From Amphiscolops sp. MND2022 (lineage: Eukaryota), in assembly GCA_964187785.1 (NCBI GenBank), contig OZ076409.1:43092001-43156000 (forward strand): a DNA stretch of 64,000 bases, read 5' to 3'. How positions within the stretch are numbered: the stretch's first letter is position 1; every line of letters starts with the position of its first letter. Of this stretch, positions 1-13,642 are shown in pieces. Below the pieces are notes generated by a model. It searched no databases. It was not told where the DNA came from and saw only the letters and a program-made list of their open reading frames with translations. The translations under genes were made by a program, and so were the position numbers.

Positions 1-723
1 CATTGGCTAATGTTTCTGATCCATGCAACCAAAAAATTTTTGATCGGATTTCCAATTTTCAGTTGCAATCAATTCGGGCTATCGTTTTTATTTCGAAATT
101 GAATTGAAGTTTTCAGTTTGATATGAGTTATCGCTAACCTGGTCTAATGTCAAAACACGATTCCAAGAAGTTTTCGATGCGACATGTTCATGCCGTTTCC
201 AATTATGGAATTTACTGGAACCATATGGTTCAATTGAATCATTAATGCATGTACGGAACCTTCCCCATGGATCGGAATCAGGGTACTCATTGTTATCATA
301 AAAAAGGTTTTCATTTTTTTGTCGGAAGCAAGTCTAGGTGACTTCACAATGCGGAAAAATCCTTTGTAGAGATCCTCAATGTTGAAGAGAGATCCTCAAC
401 TGATTAAGGGACACAGGGGGAAACGATCGAATAAATGCAAAAATTTTCTGCTGCTTTTTCCTCCATTAACAACCGTTATCAGTAATGCTGATATGCCAAT
501 ATTGCTCTTTGTCATTCATTTTCAAGGCACAGCAATCGATCGGTCACAAAAGTCATAACCGTCGCTTTTTCTTTCGCTTTGATTCACTCTTTACTCCGAC
601 GCGCATAAAATGGATTAATTCGTGCGTCATGGGATTTTTCAAAAAACGGAGTTAATTTATCCAACTCTTCCATGACGCAGAACCTAAAAAGCAGTCACGC
701 TACTAATTTGATAAGGAAAACGT

Positions 724-1581
724 CCCAGTGACACGAATCTTGGCACGCTTGCCAAGATGCATGGGTATGCTTGCCAAGATCTTGGCAAGATCTTGCCAAG
801 ATCTTACCAAGGCTACCATGATCATGCAAGATCATGGCAAGGCTGACCATGCGTCTTACCAAGCGTACCAAGATTTTCCATGTATCTTACCAAGCTTTTC
901 CATGTGTCTTGCCAAGCATACCAAGATTTTTCTATCCATCTTGCCAATCCAACCAGGATTTTTTCATGCATTTTGCAAAGCATTCCAAGATTCAGTAATT
1001 AGAACCCGTTACCTCAATAGATCAGGTAATAGCATGATTTGCATAATTTTAAACAAATCATCGCTAGAAAAGTTGGTTTTCACACCGATATCGCAAACCC
1101 GCAAGTTGCAATAACTTGATTCGGAGTTTGCTTGGTATGATAAGTCATGTTAGTAGTAACAATGCCGTGCTCTCAAGTAACAAAACTCGGTCAATAGGTG
1201 CAGCGAATTATTGAGCAAATTTTGGATAATTTTCAATTAAAAACTATTTTCAATCAATAAATATTATGTCCAAAGTTATTACAATGGCTAATTCAAAAAT
1301 TGCAGACGACAAAGAATTTTTGCGAAAAGAATAAATTATGCACAATTAATACCAGCTTACATGTCTTACCATGGTTATCTTGTCAAGATCTTGCCATGAT
1401 CTTGCCATGATCTTGGCAAGCATTTCCACATGGAACGCTTGTCAAGATCTTGCCAAGATCTTGCCAAGATCTTACCAAGCGTAGCATGCATCATGTTTTT
1501 CCATGCGTCTTGGTAAGCCTACCATGCGTTTCCATGTTTTTCCAAGATCTTGGCAAGGCTACCAAGATTCGTGTCACTGGG
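724..1581. mobile_element. Non-autonomous TIR element, CACTA/EnSpm (CMC)-like
   Basis: 20-bp TIRs CCCAGTGACACGAATCTTGG / CCAAGATTCGTGTCACTGGG; 2-bp TSD 'GT' (722-723, 1582-1583); subterminal arrays of CTTGCCAAGAT/CTTGGCAAG in both arms. The ORFs at 728-1114 and 1450-1749 are by-products of these repeats. Confidence 0.75.
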
Positions 1582-1730
1582 GTTGGTTACGTCGTCTTTC
1601 GTGTTTGGGAAACGAGAATGTCTTTCGAACAAAAGTCTCAAGAAACACTTGAATTTCTGTTTGTCTTTTTGAAATATCCGCGAAATTACGTAAGCATTAT
1701 AATTATCATGGTTAAGATTTCCATATTAAT

Positions 1731-2242
1731 TGTAAGGCTCAGTCAATAGAGATTGAGGTACTCATGACATGGGTATTTGCCCGGGACAGTCGCCCATGGC
1801 CATGAACCCATTTGCCTCCTTCGGGTAAAAACTTTCCCGTCAGAGGAGGATTCCACTTCGTGTGGAATGCTCACTGGTCTGATCCAGAATGTAATTGTTA
1901 TCAGTAGCGTGAATTAGGCGTTTTCCTCGAAACTGCCGCTTAGATAGCCTTTAAAAAGTGACGGTGGTGGCGAAGGTGAATTTCTTTGTCGCAGGACACA
2001 AAAAAAGCTCACGAGCTAATTCAACAAGTTAATCGGTAATTTACGACACAATTAACAGCATGCCAACAATTAGCGGGGAGCAAAAGCTCGTGTGCTTGTT
2101 TAAGCGAACTGACTCATTTCAGGTAATTACAACCGAAAGTAGCAATTGTAAAGACACGGACGCGATCAGCGGCAACTGATTGAAAACGGCAAAATATAGT
2201 CCCTTGAACGAATTTTTCAGACATCCATGGGTGATCGTTACA
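1731..2242. mobile_element. Probable solo LTR (~510 bp), same family as 41787-46437
   Basis: Starts TGTAA and ends TTACA. Alignable by eye over most of its length to 41787-42221 plus ~46333-46437 (shared blocks GCCTCCTTCGGGTA, CAGAGGAGGATTCC, AGCTCACGAGCTAATTCA, TAGTCCCTTGAACGAATTTTTCA). No matching TSD found. Confidence 0.55.
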
Positions 2243-2795
2243 GATACATTAATAAAAAATGAGTAAACTGCAATAAAATATTTTTTCTTCAGTAAAAATG
2301 TGACTGACCCTGTTCCGTAAGACTTGTTATTGTTCCACACTAAATATTGTGTTTTCAACAACACTTAGTATTCAACTGAGTTTCGAACAACAATGTATGG
2401 TTAAGAGTCGCCTAATAGCCGGTTGTACCTTCTGCTTCATAAACTTGTGACTCTTTTTAATGGAATTATTTTATATAAATTACATTCCAGACTGACACTA
2501 GGGAATTTTCTGATTACGGACTGATCATTCCATAAGTTTACGATTCCAAACTGACTGCCGAAGATCATAGAAGAAACTTGGCATGATTTGAAATGTGTAA
2601 TATTTGTCCAGACTATGATCAGACTAGCCGGAAACGGGAGTAGATAAATTGTTCATTTTTATTCATTTGCATTTGTTGTATTTTGTTTTGGTTACCCAAG
2701 TTGAAAATGTTTGAATCTTTCACATGATTTTGTGAGGCTGCAAAGCACATTGAGAATGATTTTGGGAGTTTCACAGACAATCATTAATGCTAAAT

Positions 2796-2857
2796 TTTCC
2801 CCTGACGCTGATTTTTTTATCAGGATATCCTGATAAAAAAATCAGCGTCAGGGGAAA
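2796..2857. repeat. Perfect 62-bp palindrome with no spacer
   Basis: TTTCCCCTGACGCTGATTTTTTTATCAGGAT|ATCCTGATAAAAAAATCAGCGTCAGGGGAAA, centred at 2826/2827. Confidence 0.95.
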
Positions 2858-4787
2858 TGTCTATACAATTTGGCGGGGTTTGCGAGCATCATTAAGAAAG
2901 CTCGAGACCAAACTCTCGCCAGATTTTGCTAGAGTTTGCGGGTAATATCTCACGTTTTGTATGCGAATACAAACACTTGTTCTATGTGTGCCAGTTAGGC
3001 AATGAAAATCGTATAACTCCGTGAAATGAACGTAAAAAAGTTAGAAATGCTAGAAAAAAAACTAAAAAAAACTGAAAAATCACTAGTTTTATCACTATTA
3101 CTTCTTCTGGAAAAGCAGAAAAAAATTTTCATTCAGTTTAGTTATACGTAATCATTGGGTTTTGAAATCGCTGGAAACAGCGATCTAATGGGAGAAATTA
3201 AAACAAAAGCATCTCATTATCATGTCCTTCACCTTTGTTACAACTAGTACCTAAACACAGTACCTGTTCTTTTGGGATTTTCTTTTTTTTTCAAATCAGA
3301 AGTAATTCATATTCAAATGATGAGACAACTTTGACAGTCATTTTCCCTGCAAATTGTATTCATCAATCAAACAACATATCAGCTATGGCATGCACTTATA
3401 AAAACGCATCAATACAAATAATCCCAGAAGCCTTCCTGGATTGGATTGTCTGAGTTTTCCAAGAATTTTTCAGAAAATGGAAAAAAGCCATTGTCATCTG
3501 CCGAAGAATGCTGACATGCTGACAAAAAAATGGCTGTCTTAAGACATTGTTTGATATGGCTATTCCTGTAGAGCTGCTATAAGTTATTTAACTTGAGGCA
3601 AAAAAGGCTTTTGCACACAACCGAGGGACCATATTTGTTGCCAAAGGATATTACTGCTTGGCAAAAAGTTGCTGGCTGAAAAAAAGCTTTCTAATTTTTT
3701 CCACTTCATTTTTTAACAATAAATTTGTCGATTGGGAGCACTGCCGAAAGAATTGAGTGGAAAAATATTGAACCAAAATTTTGCGGAAATTGACAAAAAT
3801 AAACAATTAAGCATTTCTAGCCACTTTAGGAGCATTTTTTCCCGCCAGTAAAGGCGAAAGGTGAAAATAGGCTCCGCTCAAAAGATTCTAAGAAAAGTGA
3901 TCTATTTACAAAAATCGCTTCTTTGAAAATTTCCGGCATTTTGATCTCGGAAAAAACTCTGACAAAAAATGCGCTCATTGAAATTCGAGTGATTAAAGCA
4001 ATAATAAAGAAGAGAGCTGTAAGAGTTGAATTGTGTTTTCAATCATTTCGTTTCGTATTCGATGTTTTTATGTATTTGTAATACAATTACTAGTAAACCC
4101 GATTATCCAAAGGGCATGTTAGAGGAATGCTTTGAATTCATATTCTTTTACCAATTAATCACTTCAGACGCGTTTCGGACAAACTATAGAGCATCACCGG
4201 CGGAACGGCTGTATATAACGCCTTAAGCATGAGCAACAAATAGTTGCCGCATTCCTCAAGCATAGCTTTGATAGTCTGTCAAAGAAGTTCTCCTTCAACG
4301 CCTCCGAACCAAATTGTACACTTCCGAAAAAGGTCGAGTATGTCATGTCATATATTATCAGATGAGGCATTAGCTGTTTTACCTAGTCATACGAAACCTC
4401 GAAACTTGAAAAGCAGGACGCGCTTTTTTATTTGTTCATAATTTTGTGATTGAGATGTCAAATCGTTCAACTGACTTTTGTTTCCTTTTTCAAGTTCGTT
4501 TCATTCCGTTCTCGAGGCTTTAAAGCAGCCATAAAAAGCAGTCATAAGAAGCAGCAAGCTTTTCTCTTCAGTTCTATCGGTTTTATATTGAGATTTTAGT
4601 TAGTCTACTCGTCGACTCTTAAAGTAGAACAACTTCACTAGATAGCAACTTTCGGGCATAAACAAAATTTCAGCTAACATTTTGTAAAACGGTACATGTG
4701 GAACAGTTTGATTTCCAATGGCTTCGATTATTTGTTGACAAGGTTTCAAAGTTGCTGCCGTTTTTAGAATCTTGATAGATGCAACTA

Positions 4788-4975
4788 CAGTCGAACTTCA
4801 CTTTCATGTACCCTCATTGAAAGGTAAAACTCGTTATTGTTAATCATTTTGAATCAATTTGAAGCTCCGTTTTCCCAAGTTCTATATGTAACCGTCCTCC
4901 TATATAACGTAAACTTCGAATTAACGTTTTCTTCTCTTTCTTCCCGTAATGGTATACAATATAGAAGTTCAACTG
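4788..4975. mobile_element. Tc1/mariner (pogo/Tigger-like) MITE, 188 bp
   Basis: TIRs CAGTCGAACTTC / GAAGTTCAACTG (11/12 match), flanked by TA on both sides. Confidence 0.75.
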
Positions 4976-6549
4976 TAATTAAAAATCAGGAAATCCAGTG
5001 CGTTCGGTTGTAAGTTCCAATCGAACAGACAGCTATTTAATTTTTAAAATAATCTTCCAATTCGAAAGGCTTGTCTGAAATATTTACAAAATGGTGGATT
5101 GAAGTAATGACATCTTGCTCACAAACATTAACAATTATCGGTTTTTTGTAGGTGAGCTAGTGATCATCGATGACACTAGTGATTTTTGTATCGAAATTAG
5201 GGATGTAGACTAATGTAGACAAAAGAGGTGTTTGCATTGGTGTAGTAGAGAGCATGACGTAGTGGTTAGGGCATTCGCCATGTACTGAGGCGGTATCAGT
5301 TTCGAATATCTCAACTCAACATTTCTGGGCCTTGCACAAGCCTTCATCCTTATCTTAGTGGTATCATCAATGACCAAAACAACGCATCGGCGGAGAAAAG
5401 CAACGGAAAACAGCCAGACGTTTGTGACATTGACCAAGGAACTTTCGAACCACAGCTTCAAAATGACGATAGCTTGACCGCTTGGCTGCAAATATGGTGC
5501 CATAGCTTGCTATGAGCAGATAGAGTCCGAAAGGGCAGCAAATTAGAAAAGCAGAACAGCTTACTCGGTGTTCACTCCGCAGAGTTGAGGAAAACGTTAC
5601 TTTTCGTCTATAATTTTGTGGTCTTTGGAACCTAATTTTGCGATTCTGCTCAGTTTGATGGATTGTCGTTCACATTAAGAAACTTTGTTCAAGAAAACAT
5701 TTATATAAGGTTTTCTTTTTTTTCTGAGTTCATTTCTATATATTGATACATGCTATTCTACTATATAATATACGTGTGGTTTCGTTCTGTTTGCATAACA
5801 ATTAGCGTTTATCTACTCAGTTCTCAAACATTGTGCATTGACACCAATAACAATAAAGATACGGACTTGAGAGGCCGACGAAGCGCTTTGAACAACCAAG
5901 TGAGTATGAGCCATTTTTTTCAGAAATGAACAGCGAAGGCACCACCCGAAACACATTTTAAACATCCAGCCGTTCCTTCTCATGAATTAAAATCCTAAAT
6001 GTTGTATTTTGGAGACGGTATTGAATCAGAATTTCTTCCTGAATTTACGAATTGGCCGATCTCACGAAAGTGAAGACAGATACGTTATAGCATTTTCTTA
6101 TCCCGATTTCAAGTCGCTGCATCATGAATAAAACGAAACTTTGTGATGTACTGTGTGATTCTTCTCCACCATAACTTCTCCTCTTGTATCCCACGTTTTT
6201 CGAAGGTTAGGAATGTAATTTTTTGATGGGTTTCTCAGTTTTAGAGTTTGCTCTTTCGGAGATTTTTCCTCTTGAAGAGCTTGTGCTCTCCGATGATTTT
6301 TGATTCTTCATGCTGTTTACTGCGCCATGTTTGTCTTAAAAATAAGATATGAAAAGAATGTAGTGCTGAAAGTTCTATTCTGTATTGTAGCGATAATAAA
6401 GGTTAAGTGAATAGGTCAGCACGTATGTTTAGATAAGAGTACTATAGACTGGTACTAAAATTGTCAGTGCTACTATTTATAGCACACATGAAATTAAGTA
6501 CACGAAATGACGTGATGTCACAATTATAGTGTCATTTTGTCGTGTTTTT

Positions 6550-7041
6550 ATTCGGCGCTTCACGAAGTGAAACGCGACTACACTAGTGACTATTTTTTTT
6601 CAAACCACACGAACTGACCAAAATATTTCTACAAAGTTCTACGAAATTTAAGGTGTCAAATTGGACCATAAAGTCAATTGGAGCTGAACCATAAAGGTTG
6701 TTCTTTATTCAGCGTAACATTCAATAACGGGCGAAACCAAAGGGTTCACTTTTTCAGTTTTTTTTGCATTGTTAGCCTATTTTTGAAAAAAAATCCCCAA
6801 AGGGTTCCCTTTTTTGGAAATTTTTAAATATCTCCTAAGGGTCCCCATTTCAAATTTTTTGATGTTTTGCGACAGAATGGATGTTGAAAAATCCCAAAAG
6901 GTCCTCCCTCTTAACACGCCAAGTTCGGTCTTATTTTGAGTTTTTTCGGGTACTATGGAAAATAATATTTGACGGTTTGAAGTATATTTGGTATTTTTGA
7001 GCCTTAGGTGGGGGCGTCGACTTATGCCGTTCCTACTTATT
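6550..7041 (+). mobile_element. Diverged copy of the abundant Helentron/HINE-like repeat family
   Basis: 5' TTTTATTCGGCGCTTCACGAAGTGAAACGCGACTA, internal AAAGGGTCCC units and 3' TTTTGAGCCTTAG...GCGTCGACTT...CCGTTCC match the copy at 53987-54837. Partial copies also occur near 8600-8766, 10725-10955, 14927-15102, 17340-17580 (reverse), 20570-21262, 41350-41435, 50886-51215 and 52600-52760. Confidence 0.6.
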
Positions 7042-10000
7042 AACTGTTGTTAACCTGCTTATTTGAACTTCAAGCCATATGTGGGTTCATTTTCGGCACT
7101 GTGTTCCCGGCAATTTTTCAATTCATAAAAGTGTTTTTCTGACTTTTTCGGTGAAGAAAAAGCACTTTTAACAATGATTTTTTGGTACAGAGAGACCTTC
7201 AAGTCCAAAGAGATTCCCTTCTAATTTTTTACACTACGATTCAGAAATATTCAAAAACAGTTTCTTGAAGCTTTGCTGTGCTTGAACATTTTGAGCATAA
7301 GTCGGGAGCACTGACCAGATATCAAAACCCTTTCTTTTCAAAAACTATGTAAATTGACATGCTAGTGATTCAAATGTAGCTCAAATTTCAATCAAAGCGT
7401 TAAAACGTTACCGGCAAATACAGATGGGTCATATCGTGATCAAGCGCTCGTATCTTTGCTTCAAATCAATCATTCATTTCTTTGCTAGTGAAATTTATTT
7501 ATATTAGCGTAGGCTGCTTCACTTTGAAGTCTTTCTGAGACAATTTTATTGACCATTGGAAAATGTTCTATGAAAACACGGCCATTAAGAGATTCATAAT
7601 CGGTTACCTAGACTCTGAAGCTCTGTCTGGTGCGACGATTTTCTTTGAAATTGAATTGATTTGAAAATTACTTGACTAAGAACAATAAAAAAAGAATTTG
7701 GGATGACTGGGATCTTTATTTTTGATAGCAATTGTTGCCTGAACTTTCAGCTTGGAAAAAAAAAACATTGGCAACAATTTTAATTCTATCGTTCTAAAGG
7801 CTTAAAAAATGCCATTGCAACAAGTACAACGCTTACATGTAATTTTCAGGATAAATTTACTTTCCTATGAATTGATGGAAAATCAACAACACATGGAAAC
7901 TGTACAAATCTGACTGACTTCAACACCAGAGGGTTATTTTGCCGATCAACAAAACAAAAGAGACTGACATTGTGGTTACCCGTGGTACCGTACCCCCATG
8001 CCCGTAGTCAATTTTTGCAAGAGGAAGAGCCACGGCTTGAATAAAAACATACCCTGTCGCTGAATTTCGACTTGAATGTTTATTTTCTTTCTTCGCCTTC
8101 AATGCTTACTTGAAAAAACGAGCATTTTTCCAGCGCTCAAATCAAATGCTTCAAATTGATTGTAAACCAAAAACCAAAACGAACGGCAAGTGTCTCTGGT
8201 AGAAAAAACTGCGCTTTCCCATCAAGAAGGGCAACCCAAAAACATAAACAAACTATGAGATCATTTTCGAATCATGTAATCACGTGCTTGTTTCGATGAT
8301 ATTTTAAAATGTAAAACTACATTCATGCGCCCAAAGTACATGTAGAGAATTCTTGATCATAAGTTTTGCCAACAGTGTAAAACATGATGCAACATGAAGC
8401 GAGTGGTTAGGAAATATACCATATACGGATTCATTACGTATATGTAAAGTACCTGTTTTTGAACATTTTATACAGCATGTCGTTTTTCGACACGTCACAG
8501 CACATACTGCGATGCACAAAAATCAAAGTGAAAGTTATGTATTTTTTTCTCTGTTTAGAAGTAGAAATGAAGTCGCATCAGGGTTCTGTCACCGTAATGA
8601 CCAAAAAGTCCCCGCTTTTTGAAGCGATATTTCAATTTCACTGTGGGATTTTTTCGGAACTTTAAGTTTTTCATTATTTTCTGAAAATAACCTTGAGCAT
8701 ATTTAAATGACTTTGTGTTCGTTGCATCTTAAGCATGGTGCCGACTTGGGTTGTTCCCGGCTTGTTTCCTCTATTTCAGGGAGTTTTTAATTAGGAATAT
8801 ACAAATTAATGTTTACAGACTTGGCATTGACGTATTCTTATACACACGATACACACGTTTTTTCAAGAAATCGATATAAACTTGTTTTACAGTATTTCTC
8901 GGTATCTTTACGATTTTTCAGCCCAATGCGATTTGTCTAATTGTAATCTCTAGAAAAATTTGATCCTTAAATTTCGAAAAAATAGAACTAGCTCTAATTT
9001 GTCTTTTTTCATTCAAAATTTTCTCCTTAATTTTTTCTGAACTTTTGAATTCTTTTTGACACTTATCTGGTTTTCCAGCTCATGTCAAGAGATTTATTCA
9101 AGTGAAAAAATTCAAAATAGTAAAAAGTAATTGAAAAACGGCAACTGCTTGATATTTCGAAGAACGACATCCAAAGCCCTAATCCTTTGAAATCGCATTT
9201 ATTATTGGTTTGTTTCAACCATTAGTCAATTACATCATACAAATGACCCCAGTCAATCACAGACTAATCCCATGATATTGTTCAAAAATTCAAATCAAGA
9301 GCTTCCCTGAGTATCGAATTTTTGATCAATCAGTTCGTAAACATTTCATTTTTCATGGGAAAGTGCTATAAAAACTGAAGACTTCGAAGAAAGGCATTAG
9401 GATTAACGTAATTCAACACGGAAGTGTAAGTTTCAACATTGCGTGACAATTTTCAGGAAAAATTATAATCTATAATCCACCCAAAGAAATGCGATAGTTC
9501 CGTGTTACCGGCGTCTCTTTGTCTTGCTTCCTATCAAAAACGAATAAATATCTCAGAGAAAATGTCTCTAGTAGCTATTATCACTACATTCCAACACCCG
9601 TTGAGGAGCCGATTTGAATACAGTTTCATCGTTGACCTGTCATTGCAATCGAAGTTCCTGAAAACTAATGGAAAACCCATTTAAATAAATGGAAAATATA
9701 ATGACTCTTGCAGATTTGTAGTTTTAGCTACTCAACATCAAAAATGGCCAACACTACAAAGCGGCAAAACTTGCCGATCATAAGGCGTGATATTGACAAA
9801 GAAACTAGGCCGGAAAACTTCTTGCGTGTACGATCCAATGTTTTCATAAAGAATAACATACAATCATTAGCAGCAAATTTGCACACAAAATTCAAATTAT
9901 TTTCAAAATTTTAGAATTTACACAACGTTTGAACAAAGTTGTTATATTTAGGGGATGAAAACACTCTGCTTGTGAGACTTGAAAATCTCATGGGGAAAGT

Positions 10001-11957
10001 TCACGACAATAACATGGCGGGGGAAAACAAGAAAACAATGTCGGTGAAAACTTCTAGAATTTGTGTTCAATGAAGTCAACTTCCAGTCAATTATATAAAT
10101 TAATCGCGCCCAATTTTCATCTTCTAACTAATGTTCTGTGTCAGCTCGAGTTTTATCAAAACTCTGAACGTTCCCGTATTTCAATAGCAAAAGCGCTGAT
10201 TTTCTCAAAAACCGACCGAGTTTCAAGAAGAACGAATATAAAACCAATCTCAAACCTCATTGGACAACAAAATAAGCAATTGCTACACGAACTGCTACCG
10301 AAACCCCGTTACTGCATTTTGATAATCACTTGGCTACCGCGCAACTGGCCGACAACTCCACCGGCCGACTGTGCAGGTTGCCGACCGAATCGAATATGAT
10401 TCGATATTAGTAAAAATATTCTCAATTTTATTATCCAAGCATAACTTGAATGGAATCAAAGGTCAAACGTACATCCAAAATTTGTTTGTGACACGTTTAC
10501 TGTTTCTAATTCAAGAAGGCACAAGAAATGAAATGATTCTGAAAATCTGCTTCATTTCCTAATTTCTATAAAAACCTAATTTCATATTCTGCCCACTTTT
10601 TGAGCAGTTTGTTCATGCTACCAGTGATTTTGATGCGCGCTTCCCAAGCAGACTGCCGTCGGTTCGATGCCTGCTGATGACTAAATTACTTTGTTTGGGA
10701 ACGCTTGACGTTTTAAATGGCCCACTTTGGGTTTTTCGGCACTGAGCAACTTTTTTTGCCTGGAATTCTTTTTAATTCATCAAAGAGTCCTCCTTCGGTT
10801 TGTCTCGTTTTCCAAAAATGTTTTTCAAGAGTAAAGGGGCCCATCTCTGTGAAAGTTATGAAAATTCCCCCAAAAGCCACCCTAATAATTTCTATGAGGA
10901 TTTGCGCTTTTTGAGCTTTAAGCGAGGCCTTGACTTTAGACATTCCCGTATTGTTTCTCTTTTGTTCTAGTAGCAATGCTTATTGTCTCATTATTGGATG
11001 CTCTCACTAGAAGTTATTAGGTCCACTAGTCTTTTCAAAAGTTCGGGTTGTTTTTAGAGTTTTGCCTGGCATTTAAAGAATGGCTAGAGCAGATTGTCCT
11101 AAAAAGAGATTTTTACGTAGACACTCTAAGTAGAATTTTTATTCGGAATTTTTTCGCGTTCAAAGAAATTTTTTCAACCTGCTATAGCCTAATTTTTTTA
11201 ACCTTTATATCAAAGCAGCTATAAAAAAATTTCACCGGTCGACTGCATAGTGGCTGGTTTGAGTAGTTTGTTGGTTGTTTTTTTTGTTACTGGTCTACTG
11301 GTATAGTGGCTGGTATGGGGTTCCCTACTTTCGTTGCAGATCACGGGTGTGTGTCTTCTCCCCCCAACATGATAAACATGATGATACACATGGCACTTGA
11401 TTGATGACGAAGATCCATGATATCTGATAGAGGAAAAAAATTCAACCTGTTAAGCGGCCAAGTTTGGGCAATCCTCTCATACAAGATTTTTAAAGCACTT
11501 TCAACTAAGTTTTCCATCAAATTCACGGAAATTTGGGCCATTGTTGAAAATCTATTAACACTTAGGTGGCATAAGTACATTGCAGATTGACATTTGACCT
11601 CATTTGAGCTTTTCCAAGTCGTGTTCCTTGTCATCTTATTGCAAACGCGGTGAATTGTTCATGGAAAACTTTGATTAGCTGCGATAAGATTTGCTCCAAA
11701 GGCCCAAAATTTCTGGCAATTTTTGAAAGATCTACTCTATATAATGAGGTCATTCGTTGATGAGCACAAGTAGCAAATTGATGACGACGTCAGTAATGAC
11801 AATTTCACACCCTGAGGATACTTCTGTTCAAATAATGAATTCGTAATTCAAAATGGAATACTCTCAGAGAAAAAAGACTTCATATCTCACTGGCATATGT
11901 TCTCTTTTCAATGATCATACAAATGATTAGAGTACATGCTATGAAAAACGTAATAAT

Positions 11958-12743
11958 GGTTTAGTATCATTTCACCCCACGTTCATTTCACCCCATATCA
12001 TTTCACCTTATGTCATTTCACCCCACATTCATTTCACCCCAGGTTCATTTCACCCCACGTTCATTTCACCCCAAATTCATTTCACCCACGTTCATTTCAC
12101 CCCACATTTAAATTATCAAATGCGTCTCAGACTAATTATTAAAGCCACCCAATTTCAATCGTAGCGCTAATAGAAAAACGTCTTAGTTCTAATTACCCCA
12201 CATTAGATAAGCAAACGATGCTTGCTATGTGAACCACAAAATTGCAACCGAAAAGTTTCACTTATCGGAATTGTAATACTTCTAAACAAGGAGCTCAGAA
12301 AAATTATTTTTTCTGTCAATCAAAATCTACAATTATGGATGCTGCGAATCTTCAGCAAAAAATTTCTCATTCCGTTTTCCTACGGCAAAAAAATGCCTAC
12401 AGGCCAGAAACCTCAAAGCTAACTCAAAAACATCAAAGGCATCAAAGTTTAATTGTTGATTGGCTAATTAACATGAGACGCCTTTGTATAATTACAATAT
12501 GGTGTGAAATGAAAATGGGGTGAAATGAACGTGGGGTGAAATGATTATGGGGTGAAATGAATGTGGGGTGAAATGAATGTGGGGTGAAATGAATGTGGGG
12601 TGAAATGAATGTGGGGTGAAATGAATGTGGGGTGAAATGAATGTGGGGTGAAATGAACGTGGGGTGAAATGAATGTGGGGAGAATTGAAATGGGGTGAAA
12701 TGATACGGGGTGAAATGATTTTGGAGTGAAATGAACGCACACC
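11958..12743. mobile_element. Foldback-type element with inverted arrays of a 16-bp tandem repeat
   Basis: Left arm ~11966-12107 is (CATTCATTTCACCCCA)n; right arm ~12500-12740 is its reverse complement. Termini are GGT...ACC. The 8-bp direct repeat CGTAATAA at 11949-11956 and 12743-12750 is a probable TSD (boundary +/-1). Confidence 0.75.
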
Positions 12744-13642
12744 GTAATAAGATACCAATTCAAAGAAATAAATATAATATGGGCACGAAAATGCCGAAAC
12801 TGTTCAAGTCATATTTGTATCGGAAGAGCAAAAAGGCCACAATTTTGTACATTTCTTTAAGCATTCTTTCTTTGTATATTCTGAGCAGAAAATTGGAAAG
12901 AAAAAGTGTTTTTCATATTCTTATAATCATTACTGTTTATACATTTAGACTGAGCAGGTTAAAAAGCAGGTTAATAAAAGCAGGTTTATGGTGCAAGTCA
13001 GTCGGATGTTTTAAATTCACGTGAGTCATCGTGCTGAGACTCCGTGTAACTTTATGCATGTCGATGCATGGTTTACGAGAGCGTCATGCATTGCCATATA
13101 GATTTTCGGCATGGGATTGCATGAGTCCTGCGGTGACAGTAGTAAGCTAGAATCAATAAAACGCTTCAAAAAAAAACAAAACAAATGATTTTCTTGATAG
13201 CACCCAATTACCCGATTCATCAATTGGTAGACCATTCATATCTGTTATGAAATTGGTTCAATAAGCGTTGTTGACATCCAAAGATTACATGTTCATTACT
13301 AGTAGCGAGTCAGTCGAACTGAAAAGGTAACTCATGGAAAATTGATGATGCTTTAGGTGCACGATTCCCTGGAGGATTCTCATCAGAGGTTATGTGGTAA
13401 AAAATACTAAACAAGCTGGAAACGACCCAAGTCGAAGATGGGAAAAAATTTCAAGATGTCTCCTGTTGTTTTTTGATTTTTAACAATTTTGCATCGAAGA
13501 CACGGGCATATGAGTTCACGAAAAAGATGTTTGTTTTGATGTTTTTCTTCTGACAGCATCATACTACTTTTAGTAATACATTGGTGAAATGTGTTTGTGA
13601 CGTCCAGCAAAAGGAGTACATATTAGAGCTGTGATATTAACT

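Noticed and set aside
1815..1850. Minus-strand CTGACGG...CGAA as a hammerhead ribozyme or SECIS
   Set aside because: It lacks the CUGANGA/GAAA core and stem III, the second copy reads CTGGCGG, and the stem is too short for a SECIS.
2150..2230. Minus-strand GGATGTC...CTGATC as 7SK RNA
   Set aside because: The motifs are not conserved in the second copy, and the TG...CA termini fit an LTR better.
12492..12763. His/Phe/Pro repeat ORFs
   Set aside because: They are translations of the 16-bp tandem array.
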